Source of the DNA: a virus
Taxonomy: Duplodnaviria > Caudoviricetes
Length of the DNA stretch: 58,684 bases
IMG/VR virus record: IMGVR_UViG_3300046804_001439
Location: 1 to 58,684 of that record
Reading direction: 5' to 3' (one strand)
The notes below the pieces were generated by a model. It saw only the letters and a program-made list of their open reading frames with translations, did no database searches and had not been told where the DNA came from. Made by a program: the position numbers and the translations under genes. Shown here in pieces: positions 9,248 to 20,505 of this stretch. Every line of letters begins with the position of its first letter. Position 1 is the stretch's first letter.

Positions 9248-10993
9248 TTACCTTGAAGATATAACAATCCAGTCATTATTATAGTATTCAACGCCTGGTT
9301 CTGTCAGGGATATTGCAGGTTCTGCAATACTTGCCAGGGATTTACCAATATAAAGATTATAATGTTCTAGCGCCTTAGTGGGACCTAATATGCTTTCATA
9401 AATTGCTATATTTTTATAAAGATTGCTTGCTCCTCCAGATAATTCATAATTAAATTGAATTTTTCCAGATATTGCTTGTGTAAATTCAAGCACTATGTGG
9501 GTTGGCTCATTTGAAGTCAAATAACTGGCTATATTGGTTATAGAAGACCTATCTTGACCATTGATATAGATAGAGGCTATGTTGGCCTTAGAAAGGGCTC
9601 CAGAGCCGTTCCAGGCCATTCTAGTGACCGTTCCATCACCTGAGTACAACAAAGTATTTGCGGCAGAGGAGTATGGCGTTAAAAATAATTCTACAGATTT
9701 AATTGATTGATCTGTATTTAAATCAAATCCAGTGCCATTTTTTGGCCTAATCCCATTATTATTATGTCTTAGCATAATAGGATAATTTTTAGACCCTAAA
9801 TAATATTCTGAAGAAGATGATATTTCATCCCCATAATTATCTGCATTAAAATATTTTGCTGTATAAAATGTAACACAGAAAAATTCAAGTCTGGGCAGAT
9901 ACTTAGTAGCATCAGTAGTAGACATTGTTATTCTAATATATACTAATGGACTTTCATCAAAATTATCTAAATTATACTGGGGTAACGGTTGCCCATTAAT
10001 GCATTCTGTATAATTAATTCCATCAATACTTGATTCTACTGCTATTCCATAATTATTGCGCCACTCTATTTTAGAGGTTATAAATCCTACTTCTGCTGGA
10101 AATGAAAAAGAATCATTTATAATAAATGTTTTTGATTCCACAGACTCAGTTTGATAAAAAGAAATATATTGTCCAGATAGGTCATAATATGTATTTTCAT
10201 CTATAAAACTAGTAAGACTTTTATCTACTGGGTATGAGTAATCAAATCTACCTCTGATATTTGCGTCAGTACAGCTAAATAAAGTTCCTTTATCTGGATA
10301 CACAACATGAATTGGATAGGTGGAAAGAGATCCATCAATATAATGTTGTTTTATTAAAGTTTGAGATAGGGAATATCTATATACTGCTGGAGCATCAACA
10401 ATAAAATAATCTGACTCAGATTCAGTTGGACCAACTGTTAAATTTAATATAGAGTTAGTAAATTTAAAATCAGATAAGGATTTTGATTTTACCTGAACTC
10501 CATCTAAATACAAAGATATGGATGTTCCAGTATAATTACCGACTATATGTGTTGCTTTTTTTGTATATGTTAGAGCATATCTTACTTGCTCATCAGAAGA
10601 TATTTTAAATACTATATCTCCGTTATCCCAAAATAATCCTATATTATTAGTACTATCTGCAAACAGTGTGGTTTCATTTGAAGAGATTATTGATGGGCTA
10701 ACCCATACTTCTATTGTAAAATCATTATCACTTGTATTTTTTGTTGCTAGTCCGCCATCGGCATCTTTTGAGTAATAGTCATTGCTAGTTGGAATTTCAA
10801 TATATGATGTATTTGTTATTTTTGTTCCAGAAACTCCACCTGGAACAATGGGTAGTAAATTTATAGAATGAGATCCAACATATGTTCCATTATTTCCACA
10901 TCCAGATATATCAGCAGCAATTGTTCCAGAAGATTCATCTAGTGGCCAAAATCCTACTGGATGATCTTTTATTACTTTTAGCTGATATGACAT
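9248..10993 (-). CDS. LamG/concanavalin-A-like domain virion protein
   Basis: GFWPLDESSG, FTIEVWV, HIVG...LYLDG LamG motifs; start reassigned to ATG 10993, 6 nt after a TATAAT. Confidence 0.7.
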   Translation of the reverse strand: MSYQLKVIKDHPVGFWPLDESSGTIAADISGCGNNGTYVGSHSINLLPIVPGGVSGTKITNTSYIEIPTSNDYYSKDADGGLATKNTSDNDFTIEVWVSPSIISSNETTLFADSTNNIGLFWDNGDIVFKISSDEQVRYALTYTKKATHIVGNYTGTSISLYLDGVQVKSKSLSDFKFTNSILNLTVGPTESESDYFIVDAPAVYRYSLSQTLIKQHYIDGSLSTYPIHVVYPDKGTLFSCTDANIRGRFDYSYPVDKSLTSFIDENTYYDLSGQYISFYQTESVESKTFIINDSFSFPAEVGFITSKIEWRNNYGIAVESSIDGINYTECINGQPLPQYNLDNFDESPLVYIRITMSTTDATKYLPRLEFFCVTFYTAKYFNADNYGDEISSSSEYYLGSKNYPIMLRHNNNGIRPKNGTGFDLNTDQSIKSVELFLTPYSSAANTLLYSGDGTVTRMAWNGSGALSKANIASIYINGQDRSSITNIASYLTSNEPTHIVLEFTQAISGKIQFNYELSGGASNLYKNIAIYESILGPTKALEHYNLYIGKSLASIAEPAISLTEPGVEYYNNDWIVISSR

Positions 10994-11063
10994 ATTTATA
11001 TTATACCCTAATAGTATAAAGTCCTCCAAGGTTCTCTTGAAGGACTTTATGCAATTTAAATTA

Positions 11064-11279
11064 TTATTCTTCTGCTGGAACTTCTTCTAGAAGCTCTTCT
11101 AGTGTATGCCCAGAGACGGTTTCTCTAGCACCAGAATTAAGTTCTTCAACTATTACCTCTGCCCATTCTGCTGCGGAATCTTCGCTTTCCCAAGGACCAG
11201 TGGCATCGATAACTTCGCCGTCTTTTGAAATTTCACAGATAAGATCTTCTGTTACTTCAAATGAATATGTTGTTGCCAT
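11064..11279 (-). CDS. small acidic protein (possible fibre assembly factor)
   Basis: 71 aa, RBS AAGGAG, directly after beta-propeller gene. Confidence 0.6.
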   Translation of the reverse strand: MATTYSFEVTEDLICEISKDGEVIDATGPWESEDSAAEWAEVIVEELNSGARETVSGHTLEELLEEVPAEE

Positions 11280-11290
11280 TATTTATCTCC

Positions 11291-13369
11291 TTAAATTGTT
11301 CCTGCAAGAATTCTTGATACTAGAGGGGTTCTATAGTATCCCAGTGCATAGTTTGTTGCAATTTCTTGTAGAATCCAGTTATTTGCTGTAATTGCTACTG
11401 ATACTGGCAAACCTACTTTTCTTGTATAAGTTAAAAGTGTTGTCATTGATCCAGTAAAGAAGTTATACGCTAGTAGATATACGGTAGTTCCAGACATTGC
11501 AATCATATAAACTGCATTCTTTTCTGCACCAATCCAGTAAATTTGCTGAACAGCAGCTGTTAAACCAGAAGGACCAGTAGTAACGTTAGTCCAGTTTGTA
11601 GCATCAATTGACCAATACCAGGAAAATGTTGTTGCTGCTGCATCTGTTCCAAGAACATACGCAAATCTCTTTACTGGCTCTAGCCAGCGAACTAATGCTG
11701 GACCACCAAGAGTTGTAAAGATGTTAACGTTTGCCCAAGATGCTGCGAGTGAGATATCTGCATCTCTTCCTGAGAATCCAAGTCCAGCTGTTAGCGCTGT
11801 ACCAGTTGATGATGCAATTACCCACTTATTTGCGCCGTATGCAATATTTCTTGGGATAATTGTTGCTGATGCAATTACACCAGTCCAGTTTGTAAGATCA
11901 GAGCTAAATCTAACCATATTAGCATCATTTGTTACGTTAGTAACTACGACATATGTTGGAAGACCAGTTCCATAGTTAATTCCATAGTCAATATCAAGTA
12001 CGTTGTATGTAGTTGATGCTAGGTTAAACGAAAGAACCCATGTAGCTCCACTATCTGTTGAATAGTAAAGTCTTCCTGCACGTGTTCCAATAAACAAGAT
12101 ATTGTTTACTGTCTTAATAAACATATAGTCATCTGAAATATTTGTCATATTTACAGTTAATGGACCTGGAGCAATTTTCCATGTTAGTCCATCATCAAAT
12201 GATCTTGCATATACTGGAGTTCCATTTAGAGCAGATGGGTTCCAAATCTTATGAAGTACGCCTGCTCCATCTACTGCCATTCTGTAGAATGAGTTGGTTC
12301 CCATTACAACTTCAGTAATTGCTGCAAGTGGTTGTAGAAGCGACTGAGTCCATGCTGTAGCTGTTGAATCTGTTGAAAGGTTAATTGCTCCAGCAGTATT
12401 CATTTTTACTAAAGTTCCAGAACCATTTGATGAAATAAATGTCTGTGTATGTGCTGTAACGTTTGGAGTAGTTCCAATTGTTCCAGTTGTAGTTACAAGG
12501 TTAAACTGTGTGGTTCCGTCTGTTGTATAAATTGCAGCTGAGTTAGCAACTGTTGCTACGAAACGTGTACCGTTCCATACCAAGTTATTTGTGTTAACTG
12601 CTGCTACAGTACCATACTGACCCCATGTAATACCGTCTGTGCTGAAGCCCTGCTTTGAAGCACCAACTGCTACCCAGCGGCCATTTGCATACTTAACGTC
12701 ATAAATTGCTGTTGCAGCAAATCCTGAAGTTCTTGCTGTCCAAGTCTGACCATCTGTAGATGTTGAAAGAAGACCATTGTTTGATACCGCTACGAATAAT
12801 CCGTTTCCGAATGAAACTGCGTTAGCGTTTGTTGTAGAAAATCCTAGGTCAACCTTTGTCCATGTAACACCATTATCTGTTGAACGAGCAGCATAGTGAG
12901 CGTTTGCAGATCCAACGTCTGAACCTACTACAACCCATGTGCTGTTTCCATATGTTACTTGAGCAAGGTTTCCTTGGGCTCTTCCTAGGAATGTTCCTAG
13001 CGTTCTTTCTGTCCATGTTACTAGATCTGGTGATGTAAATAGAAGTCCAAATCTTGTAATAGCAACCCAAATACCATTATTGTATCTGATATCTGTAATA
13101 TAGTCTGCTTGAAGTGTTGGTCCTGCCTTATAAAATTGTTTGATCGGAAGATTGTTTTCAACTACAGTCCAGCTTACTCCGTCTGTAGATGTATAAATTC
13201 TTGTTCCAGCACTAGTCATAACGTATAGACCATTGCCGTATGTAGTTGTTGGGTTTAATGCCAATGTTGAAATTGGAACGTTTGTTCCGTTATAGTCTGC
13301 GACATGCTCTGGACGCTTTGCAATGAAAACGTCTTCCAGTCTACTTGGTCTTACTCTTGTTAGTGCCAT
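11291..13369 (-). CDS. BNR/Asp-box beta-propeller receptor-binding protein
   Basis: Many S-x-D-G-x-T-W Asp-box repeats and YGNG-x-W/F-V blades. Confidence 0.75.
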   Translation of the reverse strand: MALTRVRPSRLEDVFIAKRPEHVADYNGTNVPISTLALNPTTTYGNGLYVMTSAGTRIYTSTDGVSWTVVENNLPIKQFYKAGPTLQADYITDIRYNNGIWVAITRFGLLFTSPDLVTWTERTLGTFLGRAQGNLAQVTYGNSTWVVVGSDVGSANAHYAARSTDNGVTWTKVDLGFSTTNANAVSFGNGLFVAVSNNGLLSTSTDGQTWTARTSGFAATAIYDVKYANGRWVAVGASKQGFSTDGITWGQYGTVAAVNTNNLVWNGTRFVATVANSAAIYTTDGTTQFNLVTTTGTIGTTPNVTAHTQTFISSNGSGTLVKMNTAGAINLSTDSTATAWTQSLLQPLAAITEVVMGTNSFYRMAVDGAGVLHKIWNPSALNGTPVYARSFDDGLTWKIAPGPLTVNMTNISDDYMFIKTVNNILFIGTRAGRLYYSTDSGATWVLSFNLASTTYNVLDIDYGINYGTGLPTYVVVTNVTNDANMVRFSSDLTNWTGVIASATIIPRNIAYGANKWVIASSTGTALTAGLGFSGRDADISLAASWANVNIFTTLGGPALVRWLEPVKRFAYVLGTDAAATTFSWYWSIDATNWTNVTTGPSGLTAAVQQIYWIGAEKNAVYMIAMSGTTVYLLAYNFFTGSMTTLLTYTRKVGLPVSVAITANNWILQEIATNYALGYYRTPLVSRILAGTI

Positions 13370-13394
13370 TTATTTATCCTCCGCTACCTTAAAA

Positions 13395-13730
13395 TCAAGG
13401 TGTGATTTCTTGACCAAATACGGTCATTGAAAAGTCTGCTGTTGATCCGATAAGAACTATTTTATCGCCAGCTGCAAGTGTGATTCCGTATGTCAAAGCA
13501 ATGGAATCCTGTGCTTGTAAAATTGAATCATAAACTAGATAATGTTTTGCTGCTAGTGTATCTCCAGATGGCAAGACAGCTAGTCTATATGTTAAATCTG
13601 TTGTTGTATTACGATTGCAAATTGATACTGTAGATACAATTGCATTTCCGCCCGTTGGAACAGTATATCCATGAACGGCAGTATTTGCTACAGAAACAGA
13701 TTGCCCTAATACTTTATATGTTGTTGGCAT
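13395..13730 (-). CDS. small fibre adaptor protein (paralog of 21273..21602)
   Basis: MPT...YTVP...N...G-x-E pattern shared with 21273..21602. Confidence 0.6.
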   Translation of the reverse strand: MPTTYKVLGQSVSVANTAVHGYTVPTGGNAIVSTVSICNRNTTTDLTYRLAVLPSGDTLAAKHYLVYDSILQAQDSIALTYGITLAAGDKIVLIGSTADFSMTVFGQEITP

Positions 13731-13740
13731 TGTTTTCTCC

Positions 13741-14145
13741 TTATGCTCCCATTAACATCAATGGGCTAACAGTAATTCCTGCTGCCGCATTTGTAACTGA
13801 ATTTACTGCTGTTGTTTGTGCAGTACTAATTGCACTCAATGCACTAGTCTGTGCTGTTGAAATCGCTCCAGTCGCAGTTGTCTGTGCTGTTGATACTGCA
13901 GATGTTGCACTATTTTGTGCAGTTGTGATTGCGCCAGTAGCATTTGTTTGTGCTGTAGACAATGCGGTAACACCATCTGCTGTTGCTGCTGCAATATCAT
14001 TAACTCCTAAAAGAGTTCCTATCTCATTCAGTGCTTTTGCAATGTAAATGAGATCCTTTGCTGTTAACTGACCAGAAGAATATAGAGCTGTTAGCTCGGA
14101 CTTAAATCCATCAATCTGTGTCGTTAAACTTGTATAATCTGGCAC
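13741..14145 (-). CDS. coiled-coil fibre segment with 11-aa repeats
   Basis: Five TAQ(T/N)xAxxA(I/V)(S/T)-type hendecads; ends PLMLMGA. Confidence 0.65.
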   Translation of the reverse strand: MPDYTSLTTQIDGFKSELTALYSSGQLTAKDLIYIAKALNEIGTLLGVNDIAAATADGVTALSTAQTNATGAITTAQNSATSAVSTAQTTATGAISTAQTSALSAISTAQTTAVNSVTNAAAGITVSPLMLMGA

Positions 14146-14189
14146 TTATATCACCTCTCTCAAAGTATATCATTATTCTATTTTTTATG

Positions 14190-15527
14190 CTATAGCAGAA
14201 GGCTACTTGGGTCAAATGGGGAGTAGTCTTTTCTAAGGACATTTGAGCTTGTCCCTAAAATATCTATGCCCAATTCTAGATCCTCTATTCGCTCTAATGC
14301 TGCTATAAAATCTAAATTTGTATCTAGGTCTAAATTTACATCTTCGACCTGAATTTGTTCCCACGAAATTGTGGTTCCATTGGTTGTTAAATATTTTCCA
14401 GCATTTCCAGTTTTAGATGGAAATACGAAGCCTGAGCCGCCAAGGGCAATTTGCTGTCCCTCAATTGTAACAGAACTATTTACCAAATTCGAATTTGTCA
14501 CAGTCCCAGATGGCAAGGTTACTGTTCCTGTAAATGTTGGGGAAGCCAAAGGAGCTTTCGCATTTAAAGCTGTTTGGGTAGCAGTAGAAACTGGCTTATC
14601 TGCATCTGATGTATTGTCAACATTGGCTAAACCAACCATGCTTTTTGTAATTCCGCCAACAGTACCTGTAAAGGTTGGGTTATTTATATTTGCCTTTAAA
14701 TTTAATGCATTTTGAGTGGCTGTTGAAATTGGCTTAAGTAAATCTGATGTATTATCTACATTTGCAAGACCAACCATTGACTGAGTAATTCCACTTACTG
14801 TTCCAGTAAATGTTGGATTATTTATAGGAGCTTTTGCAGATAAATCAGAAACTAAATTAGATATTTTAGATTGATCAATTGCTGCTGATGCACTAATGTC
14901 AAGATTTACAATTGTTCCATTTGCTATTTTTCCACTTGTGACTGCTGAATCTGCAAGCATTGTTTCTGTTACTGTTCCCGCTGGCAAAGTTACAGTTCCA
15001 GTAAATGTTGGTGATGCTAATGGAGCTTTTGAAGCAATTGAATTTGTAATTGTTGTTGCAAAATTTGGATCATTAGCTAAAGCAGCTGCTAATTCATTTA
15101 GAGTGTCTAATGCTCCTGGTGATGAATTAATTAAATTTGTAACAGCTGTAGACGCAGCAGTGTCGGCATATGTTTTAGTTGCTAATGCTGATGTATCTGC
15201 TATTCCGTGAACATTTGTTGTAGATGAAACGTGTGGTGAAAACTCAGAATCTCTTGCAATATTATCTGGTATTTGATTATCTGGAATTTTAGAATTAGAA
15301 TCTAAAGACGCTAATCCATTTGCAGCACCACGCTTATTTGTAATATATGTATCTAAATAGGATAAAGGGATATTGGCATAATCAGCAATGCTGTTCCAAT
15401 TTGTACCCGTTCCGATTTTAAACTTATTTGTATCTACTTCAATTCCAATTTCACCAGGAAGAAGTATTGGGTTTGCATTAAACCAATTTGATGCTGTATC
15501 TCTACGTATCTGAATTCTAACTGCCAT
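14190..15527 (-). CDS. fibre protein with Mtd-N-like N-terminus
   Basis: IQIRRDTASNW...NPILLPGEIG...KFKIG N-terminus; repeated PTFTGTV and VGLANVDNTSD modules. Confidence 0.75.
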   Translation of the reverse strand: MAVRIQIRRDTASNWFNANPILLPGEIGIEVDTNKFKIGTGTNWNSIADYANIPLSYLDTYITNKRGAANGLASLDSNSKIPDNQIPDNIARDSEFSPHVSSTTNVHGIADTSALATKTYADTAASTAVTNLINSSPGALDTLNELAAALANDPNFATTITNSIASKAPLASPTFTGTVTLPAGTVTETMLADSAVTSGKIANGTIVNLDISASAAIDQSKISNLVSDLSAKAPINNPTFTGTVSGITQSMVGLANVDNTSDLLKPISTATQNALNLKANINNPTFTGTVGGITKSMVGLANVDNTSDADKPVSTATQTALNAKAPLASPTFTGTVTLPSGTVTNSNLVNSSVTIEGQQIALGGSGFVFPSKTGNAGKYLTTNGTTISWEQIQVEDVNLDLDTNLDFIAALERIEDLELGIDILGTSSNVLRKDYSPFDPSSLLL

Positions 15528-16288
15528 TATGCTGCATACCCTCCATCAATTATGTCACCAGTAAATACTGAAGTTGCAGTTCCGCCATCCATAATAACCA
15601 AATTGTCAACAACACGATTTCCATAATCAATATAGTCAACTTGTCTTGTTAACGGATCGTGAGTGTGAACAAGCATTTCTTTTGGTCCAGCAACATCGTA
15701 CCAGATGTTACCATTATACACCTTTATTGTTCTTTCATTAGTATCAAAGTATACGGCTCCTGCTGATGGGGAAACAGGGGCAGAATTTAATGTTTGAATT
15801 GATGTTATTGGTCCCGAACCACTTCCAGAACCAGAAGATGTTAGGATAATTTTATTATCAGCATCATCATATGTTGCTGTTAAATTTACATGGCTACTAT
15901 GATTTAATAATGTTGCTACTAAATCTTGAACTCTTTCCTGAGATATTGAACTACTTAAAGAATTTGTGGAATCATCGTATGTAAAAGTAATTCCATCATG
16001 GCTCCCGCTTGCTATTAATGATGCAAAAGCGTCCTGTGCTCTTTCAGATGTAAAGTATAGATTAGTTGATCCTTCGGCAAAATAGTCGGAGGTTGCTGTT
16101 TCAATTGATCTTATTCTGTAATCATGAGATGTTTGTACATTTGAATTATTTGTACCGACTTTAGCCTGTAAGGCTTCAATTGCATCATTAGCATCAGAAT
16201 GCTGTTTTGCATGTGAAACAATAGCTACTGAGTCTGTTGATTGTGGATTTACAAAATTATCTAACGTTGTTGGATATGTTATTGCCAT
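15527..16288 (-). CDS. fibre/virion structural protein
   Basis: YPTTLD...H...NDAIEALQAKVG and EGSTNLYFT motifs common in phage fibres. Confidence 0.6.
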   Translation of the reverse strand: MAITYPTTLDNFVNPQSTDSVAIVSHAKQHSDANDAIEALQAKVGTNNSNVQTSHDYRIRSIETATSDYFAEGSTNLYFTSERAQDAFASLIASGSHDGITFTYDDSTNSLSSSISQERVQDLVATLLNHSSHVNLTATYDDADNKIILTSSGSGSGSGPITSIQTLNSAPVSPSAGAVYFDTNERTIKVYNGNIWYDVAGPKEMLVHTHDPLTRQVDYIDYGNRVVDNLVIMDGGTATSVFTGDIIDGGYAA

Positions 16289-16294
16289 TTATTA

Positions 16295-19200
16295 TTAAGC
16301 TTGTGCTTCAGTCCAGGATAGTCTGCCAATAACGTCAATAGCTGCAGTACCAATATTTTGTACTACAATTGTCAATGTATCTGGACCATCTGGATATATC
16401 TGAGTATTAGCTGTTGTTCCACCTCCACCCAATATGCTATTTCCTAGATCACGAACGTTATTTAAATCAACGCTTCCAGTAGTTGATACGAAGAATCCAC
16501 CTGTTGTTTCACCACCAGATACTGTTGTAGAGCCACCAGCATAGTCTGCAATTTGTGCAAGGCTTGAGTTCTGAACTGTTGTTACGTCTCTAACAGCATT
16601 TGTCCAGGTTGTAGATGTTGAAGGAACTCCATTCAACACAGCAGTAACGAGCATGTTAGCGCTGGCTGTTCTGGTACTAATATCTAGAGCTCTTAGAATA
16701 AGTTGCATTCTATTAATAAGTTCTCTTGTACCAAAAGCACCAACTATATTTGAGTCTACTGATGGGGCAATTCTAATTGAGAAGAGAGCTCTTGATGCTC
16801 CAGCTGAAATATTTGTTACTGTGCTCTGGCCATATGTAAATAGCAACGATTTATCGTCATCATATCTACCATCCATAATAACAGATGTTCCCCAGTGTGA
16901 CATTGCTGGAGAGAATGTAGGCCATGCTAACTCAACTCCAACTGGAGTTAATGCTGCATATGTATATTGTTGAGGAGTAGATACTCCCATTGGAGCAAAC
17001 GTTACTTGTGGGTTTGCAGTAATTGCAGCACCTGTGAAAGTTAAAGTATTTCCAGAAATATTAGATATATATGTTCCTTCAGCAAAAGCTGTAGTAATTA
17101 CTCTTTGTCCTACCTGTAATCCAGTTGTGCTGGTTACTGTTCCAGTATTTGATCCAACTAATATTGAAAGCTGAACTGCATCTGCGCCTGACTGTGCACG
17201 TGTTAAACCAGTAAAAGATGTAGCGGTCTTACCAGAATAATTCATATATTCAAAGTTATTATTATCTTTGATAACAATTGTTCCAGATGAAGGGAATCCA
17301 TCTGTACTAGCAACACTTAAAGTTGTAGCAGATGTTGATAGGTTAGATGTTATTGTTGTGGTTGGAGGCATGGTCTGAGTCTCATAACGTGCAGGTAAGT
17401 TTCCTGAACGCATATAAGCTTCTGTATTCATATTATTATTTTGTTCTTTATGAACATAAATAATATTACCTTGAGGACCTCTTACTCCCCATCGAATAAA
17501 TCCAGCTCCGTACCAAGAGTAGTCCATATAGAACATCTGCATTTTCGATAGATCGATATTATATCCTGAAGGACCAGCTCCATCGCATTTATCTAAATTC
17601 CATTGAGACTGAGGTACTTTTTTATCAACAGTTTTTGATACTGTAACATATTGTGCTGTTGCTCCTCTATATGCAGGAGAAATTGTTAAAGATGTATCGC
17701 TTGAAATTGAAGCTACTCTATAAGATTGACCACGAAGAACAATATAGTCTCCTGGGGCTAATTGCTTATTAAAATATGTTTGATAAAGATTTGGGTTTGT
17801 TTGAGAAACTGTTGTTGAACCATTTGTAACCGAAACACGACCAGATAGTTGTGATGTTGAGTTTCTTCTTACAACATTAAGAACCTGACCATCATATTCA
17901 AAGAATATGCCGTTCTGTTGATCAAACATTCCAAGTCTTGACTGTGCGCCAAACCAGTTGTTTACAGCAACTGCTGGGAATCCTGATGCAATTGAAGATG
18001 ATGGAGTAGAAAGTGCGGTATATGTAAATGTATTAAATCCAGTAATATTTTGAACAGTAAATGTTCCGTTATATGCAGCTTCATTACATCCACTAATTGT
18101 AATGCTAACTCCAGGAAGGATATTATGCTTTTCTTTTGTTGTAACCGTTACTGTTGTTCCAACTGAAGTTAGACCTTCAATTCCAGCAAATGGTTTTAGG
18201 ATAGTTCCTGAAGAAACCTGAATTCCTTTACCAGACTGATATCTAAAATAACGGCGTGTTTGACGTACTGCTTGCTCATAATTTCCATCAGCATTTGCAG
18301 AAAATAGAACTCCGCCATCAAATGCTCTATGTAGGAACTGACCTTGAGGGCGAACATATATTGTTCCACCAGATACTGATCCAGTAATTGTATTATTTGT
18401 ATAGATAACAAACTGTGTTGGTGAAGGAACAGATACAACATAAAAAGATCCATTTGGTGGGTTCGAGCTTGCTGTAGTTCCAGTAATTGCAACCTCATTT
18501 GATATAGATAGTCCATGAGGAATTGTTGTAGTAATTAAAACTCTGTTTCCAGAATATGAAATTGTTGGAGTTCCGCCGATTGCTGCTCCAGTATAAAGAG
18601 CTCCAGAAAATACTAGGGTCTTTGAAGAATCATAGATCGATGTAATATTTGTATTATTAGCACTTCTTGCTGTATATGTAAATGAGTTTGTTCCGCCACC
18701 CGATTCAATAATAAAGTTTCCATTTGCAACTGAAATATATGTATCTTGAACTGTTATTGGTGTTCCATTTGCAGGAGCAGTTCCAGAAGAAAGGTTAACA
18801 GTAACAATTTTTGAAAGTGCTGGCATTGTAATGCTAGAAATAACAGCAACTGGGTTTGGTGTATTATATGCAAACGGTCTGTTATTGGTCATTGTTAAGC
18901 TTTCCCACTTAGAAGCCTGAACTCCGTACTCAAAATCTGTATCAATCAAAGCTTGTGGCTGAGTTACTCTAAACTTATTAGTTGGGTCAAGCTGTGCATC
19001 AGCTGGGGTAAATGTATCTACTTCTACATCATAAACAATCTGCAATTTATCTGTTGCAGACATTGAAAGAGTATTATACTGAAGAACAATTGTAGTCTTT
19101 TGTGTTCCGTCAGCATTTGTTGAATTAGTATAGGATGTTGTTTTTAATGTGTCGTCAGAAAAATTGAATATTACAATATTCTTTGTAACATTTGTAATAA

Positions 19201-19297
19201 GTACTAGCTTTTCCCTAGGGATAAACTTAGGAATCTCTATAATTCTATTCGCAGGGTCGAATGTATAGGTTGTTTCGCTTAATATGTTTCTAGACAT
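16295..19297 (-). CDS. large beta-rich virion structural protein (1000 aa)
   Basis: Thr/Ser/Gly-rich repeated beta modules; RYFRYQSGKG and SWYGAG motifs. Confidence 0.65.
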   Translation of the reverse strand: MSRNILSETTYTFDPANRIIEIPKFIPREKLVLITNVTKNIVIFNFSDDTLKTTSYTNSTNADGTQKTTIVLQYNTLSMSATDKLQIVYDVEVDTFTPADAQLDPTNKFRVTQPQALIDTDFEYGVQASKWESLTMTNNRPFAYNTPNPVAVISSITMPALSKIVTVNLSSGTAPANGTPITVQDTYISVANGNFIIESGGGTNSFTYTARSANNTNITSIYDSSKTLVFSGALYTGAAIGGTPTISYSGNRVLITTTIPHGLSISNEVAITGTTASSNPPNGSFYVVSVPSPTQFVIYTNNTITGSVSGGTIYVRPQGQFLHRAFDGGVLFSANADGNYEQAVRQTRRYFRYQSGKGIQVSSGTILKPFAGIEGLTSVGTTVTVTTKEKHNILPGVSITISGCNEAAYNGTFTVQNITGFNTFTYTALSTPSSSIASGFPAVAVNNWFGAQSRLGMFDQQNGIFFEYDGQVLNVVRRNSTSQLSGRVSVTNGSTTVSQTNPNLYQTYFNKQLAPGDYIVLRGQSYRVASISSDTSLTISPAYRGATAQYVTVSKTVDKKVPQSQWNLDKCDGAGPSGYNIDLSKMQMFYMDYSWYGAGFIRWGVRGPQGNIIYVHKEQNNNMNTEAYMRSGNLPARYETQTMPPTTTITSNLSTSATTLSVASTDGFPSSGTIVIKDNNNFEYMNYSGKTATSFTGLTRAQSGADAVQLSILVGSNTGTVTSTTGLQVGQRVITTAFAEGTYISNISGNTLTFTGAAITANPQVTFAPMGVSTPQQYTYAALTPVGVELAWPTFSPAMSHWGTSVIMDGRYDDDKSLLFTYGQSTVTNISAGASRALFSIRIAPSVDSNIVGAFGTRELINRMQLILRALDISTRTASANMLVTAVLNGVPSTSTTWTNAVRDVTTVQNSSLAQIADYAGGSTTVSGGETTGGFFVSTTGSVDLNNVRDLGNSILGGGGTTANTQIYPDGPDTLTIVVQNIGTAAIDVIGRLSWTEAQA

Positions 19298-19387
19298 TAA
19301 AATTCTCCTAATATATAATTATGGCCACCAGCCACTAGGGTTCTAATTGAATTATACCATAGGCCATTAATTAAGTCTACGGTTCTA

Positions 19388-19735
19388 TTATTGAAAAAGA
19401 TGCTCGTCATATATGGTAGCCTCGCCAATATTGGCTGGAGGAATAAACTCACCAGATTCAGTTTTAGTCCACATTGCCTTAACGTCTGGCCCAATAATGT
19501 CACCAGTTACGTCTGAGGCAAATACTGTTGAATTTGTTCTTAAAACTTTATTACCTAGCATTTCTTCTACAAAGTAGATTAGTGGGGCATCTACCCATTC
19601 ACCGTCTTGATATTTTTTTGCCATGATAGATTCTGGATCAATAGAGTCCTCTAGCATAATAGAGTTTTCTACAATCCCGCTTGAATTAACATAGGCAAAT
19701 GCTACTCCGTCTTTTAATTGCACCCAATTTGGCAT
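19388..19735 (-). CDS. hypothetical acidic protein (possible fibre chaperone)
   Basis: 115 aa, RBS AAGGAG, ends the 4-paralog block. Confidence 0.6.
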   Translation of the reverse strand: MPNWVQLKDGVAFAYVNSSGIVENSIMLEDSIDPESIMAKKYQDGEWVDAPLIYFVEEMLGNKVLRTNSTVFASDVTGDIIGPDVKAMWTKTESGEFIPPANIGEATIYDEHLFQ

Positions 19736-19744
19736 TTTTTCTCC

Positions 19745-20119
19745 TTATACATATTCTACAACTTCCCACCGACAAGCACCTGTTGCTGTTAATGTAGTTG
19801 AATTAGTTAATGATACACCATATTCCGCTGAAAATAAAGATGTTGATCCTCCAGAAATAGTCCTTGTTCCAATAAAATTAGGGAAAGATCCAGAGCCCAT
19901 AGATCCATTTGAAGAAGCTGCTACTGAACCACCGCTTGGAGTTAATGTTCCAGATTCATTGCTATTACTTGCAACTGTTCCAGCGGAACCAGTTGAAAAA
20001 GATCTAGCGAATGATTTATCTACATTTACTGATGAAATTGTAATTGTTCCAGCAGACGCAGCAACACCCCTTTGTATTGATTTAATTTTTGAAGTTAAAG
20101 GAGGATAGGTATTAATCAT
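19745..20119 (-). CDS. tandem paralog 4 of small IKSIQRG protein
   Basis: IKSIQRG...ITISS...NSTTLTATGACRWEVVEY. Confidence 0.75.
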   Translation of the reverse strand: MINTYPPLTSKIKSIQRGVAASAGTITISSVNVDKSFARSFSTGSAGTVASNSNESGTLTPSGGSVAASSNGSMGSGSFPNFIGTRTISGGSTSLFSAEYGVSLTNSTTLTATGACRWEVVEYV

Positions 20120-20505
20120 TATAAATACTCCACAACTTCATATCTACAAGCACCTGTTGCAGTAATTGTTGTTGAATTTACTATATAGGCTCCATATTCT
20201 TGCACAGTAATAGCTGTAGTTCCTCCTGAAAATGTTCTTGTTCCAAAATAGTTTGCGAACGTTCCACCACCAGCCACGGCATTTCCACCACCGCTTGGAC
20301 CAGCTATGCTACCTCCTGTTGGATTGAGTTGTCCAGATTCATTACCACTAAGTGAAACTGCTCCTCCAGATCCATTGGAAAAAGATTTAATAAAAGACTT
20401 AGAAGTATCAATTGAAGATATTGTTATGCTTCCAGCAGAAGCAAATGAGCCCCTTTGAATTGATTTAATTGGAGATTGCACAGTTGGAAATATTGATGTA
20501 CCCAT
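20119..20505 (-). CDS. tandem paralog 3 of small IKSIQRG protein
   Basis: Start reassigned to ATG 20505 (TAATG overlap); same motifs. Confidence 0.75.
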   Translation of the reverse strand: MGTSIFPTVQSPIKSIQRGSFASAGSITISSIDTSKSFIKSFSNGSGGAVSLSGNESGQLNPTGGSIAGPSGGGNAVAGGGTFANYFGTRTFSGGTTAITVQEYGAYIVNSTTITATGACRYEVVEYL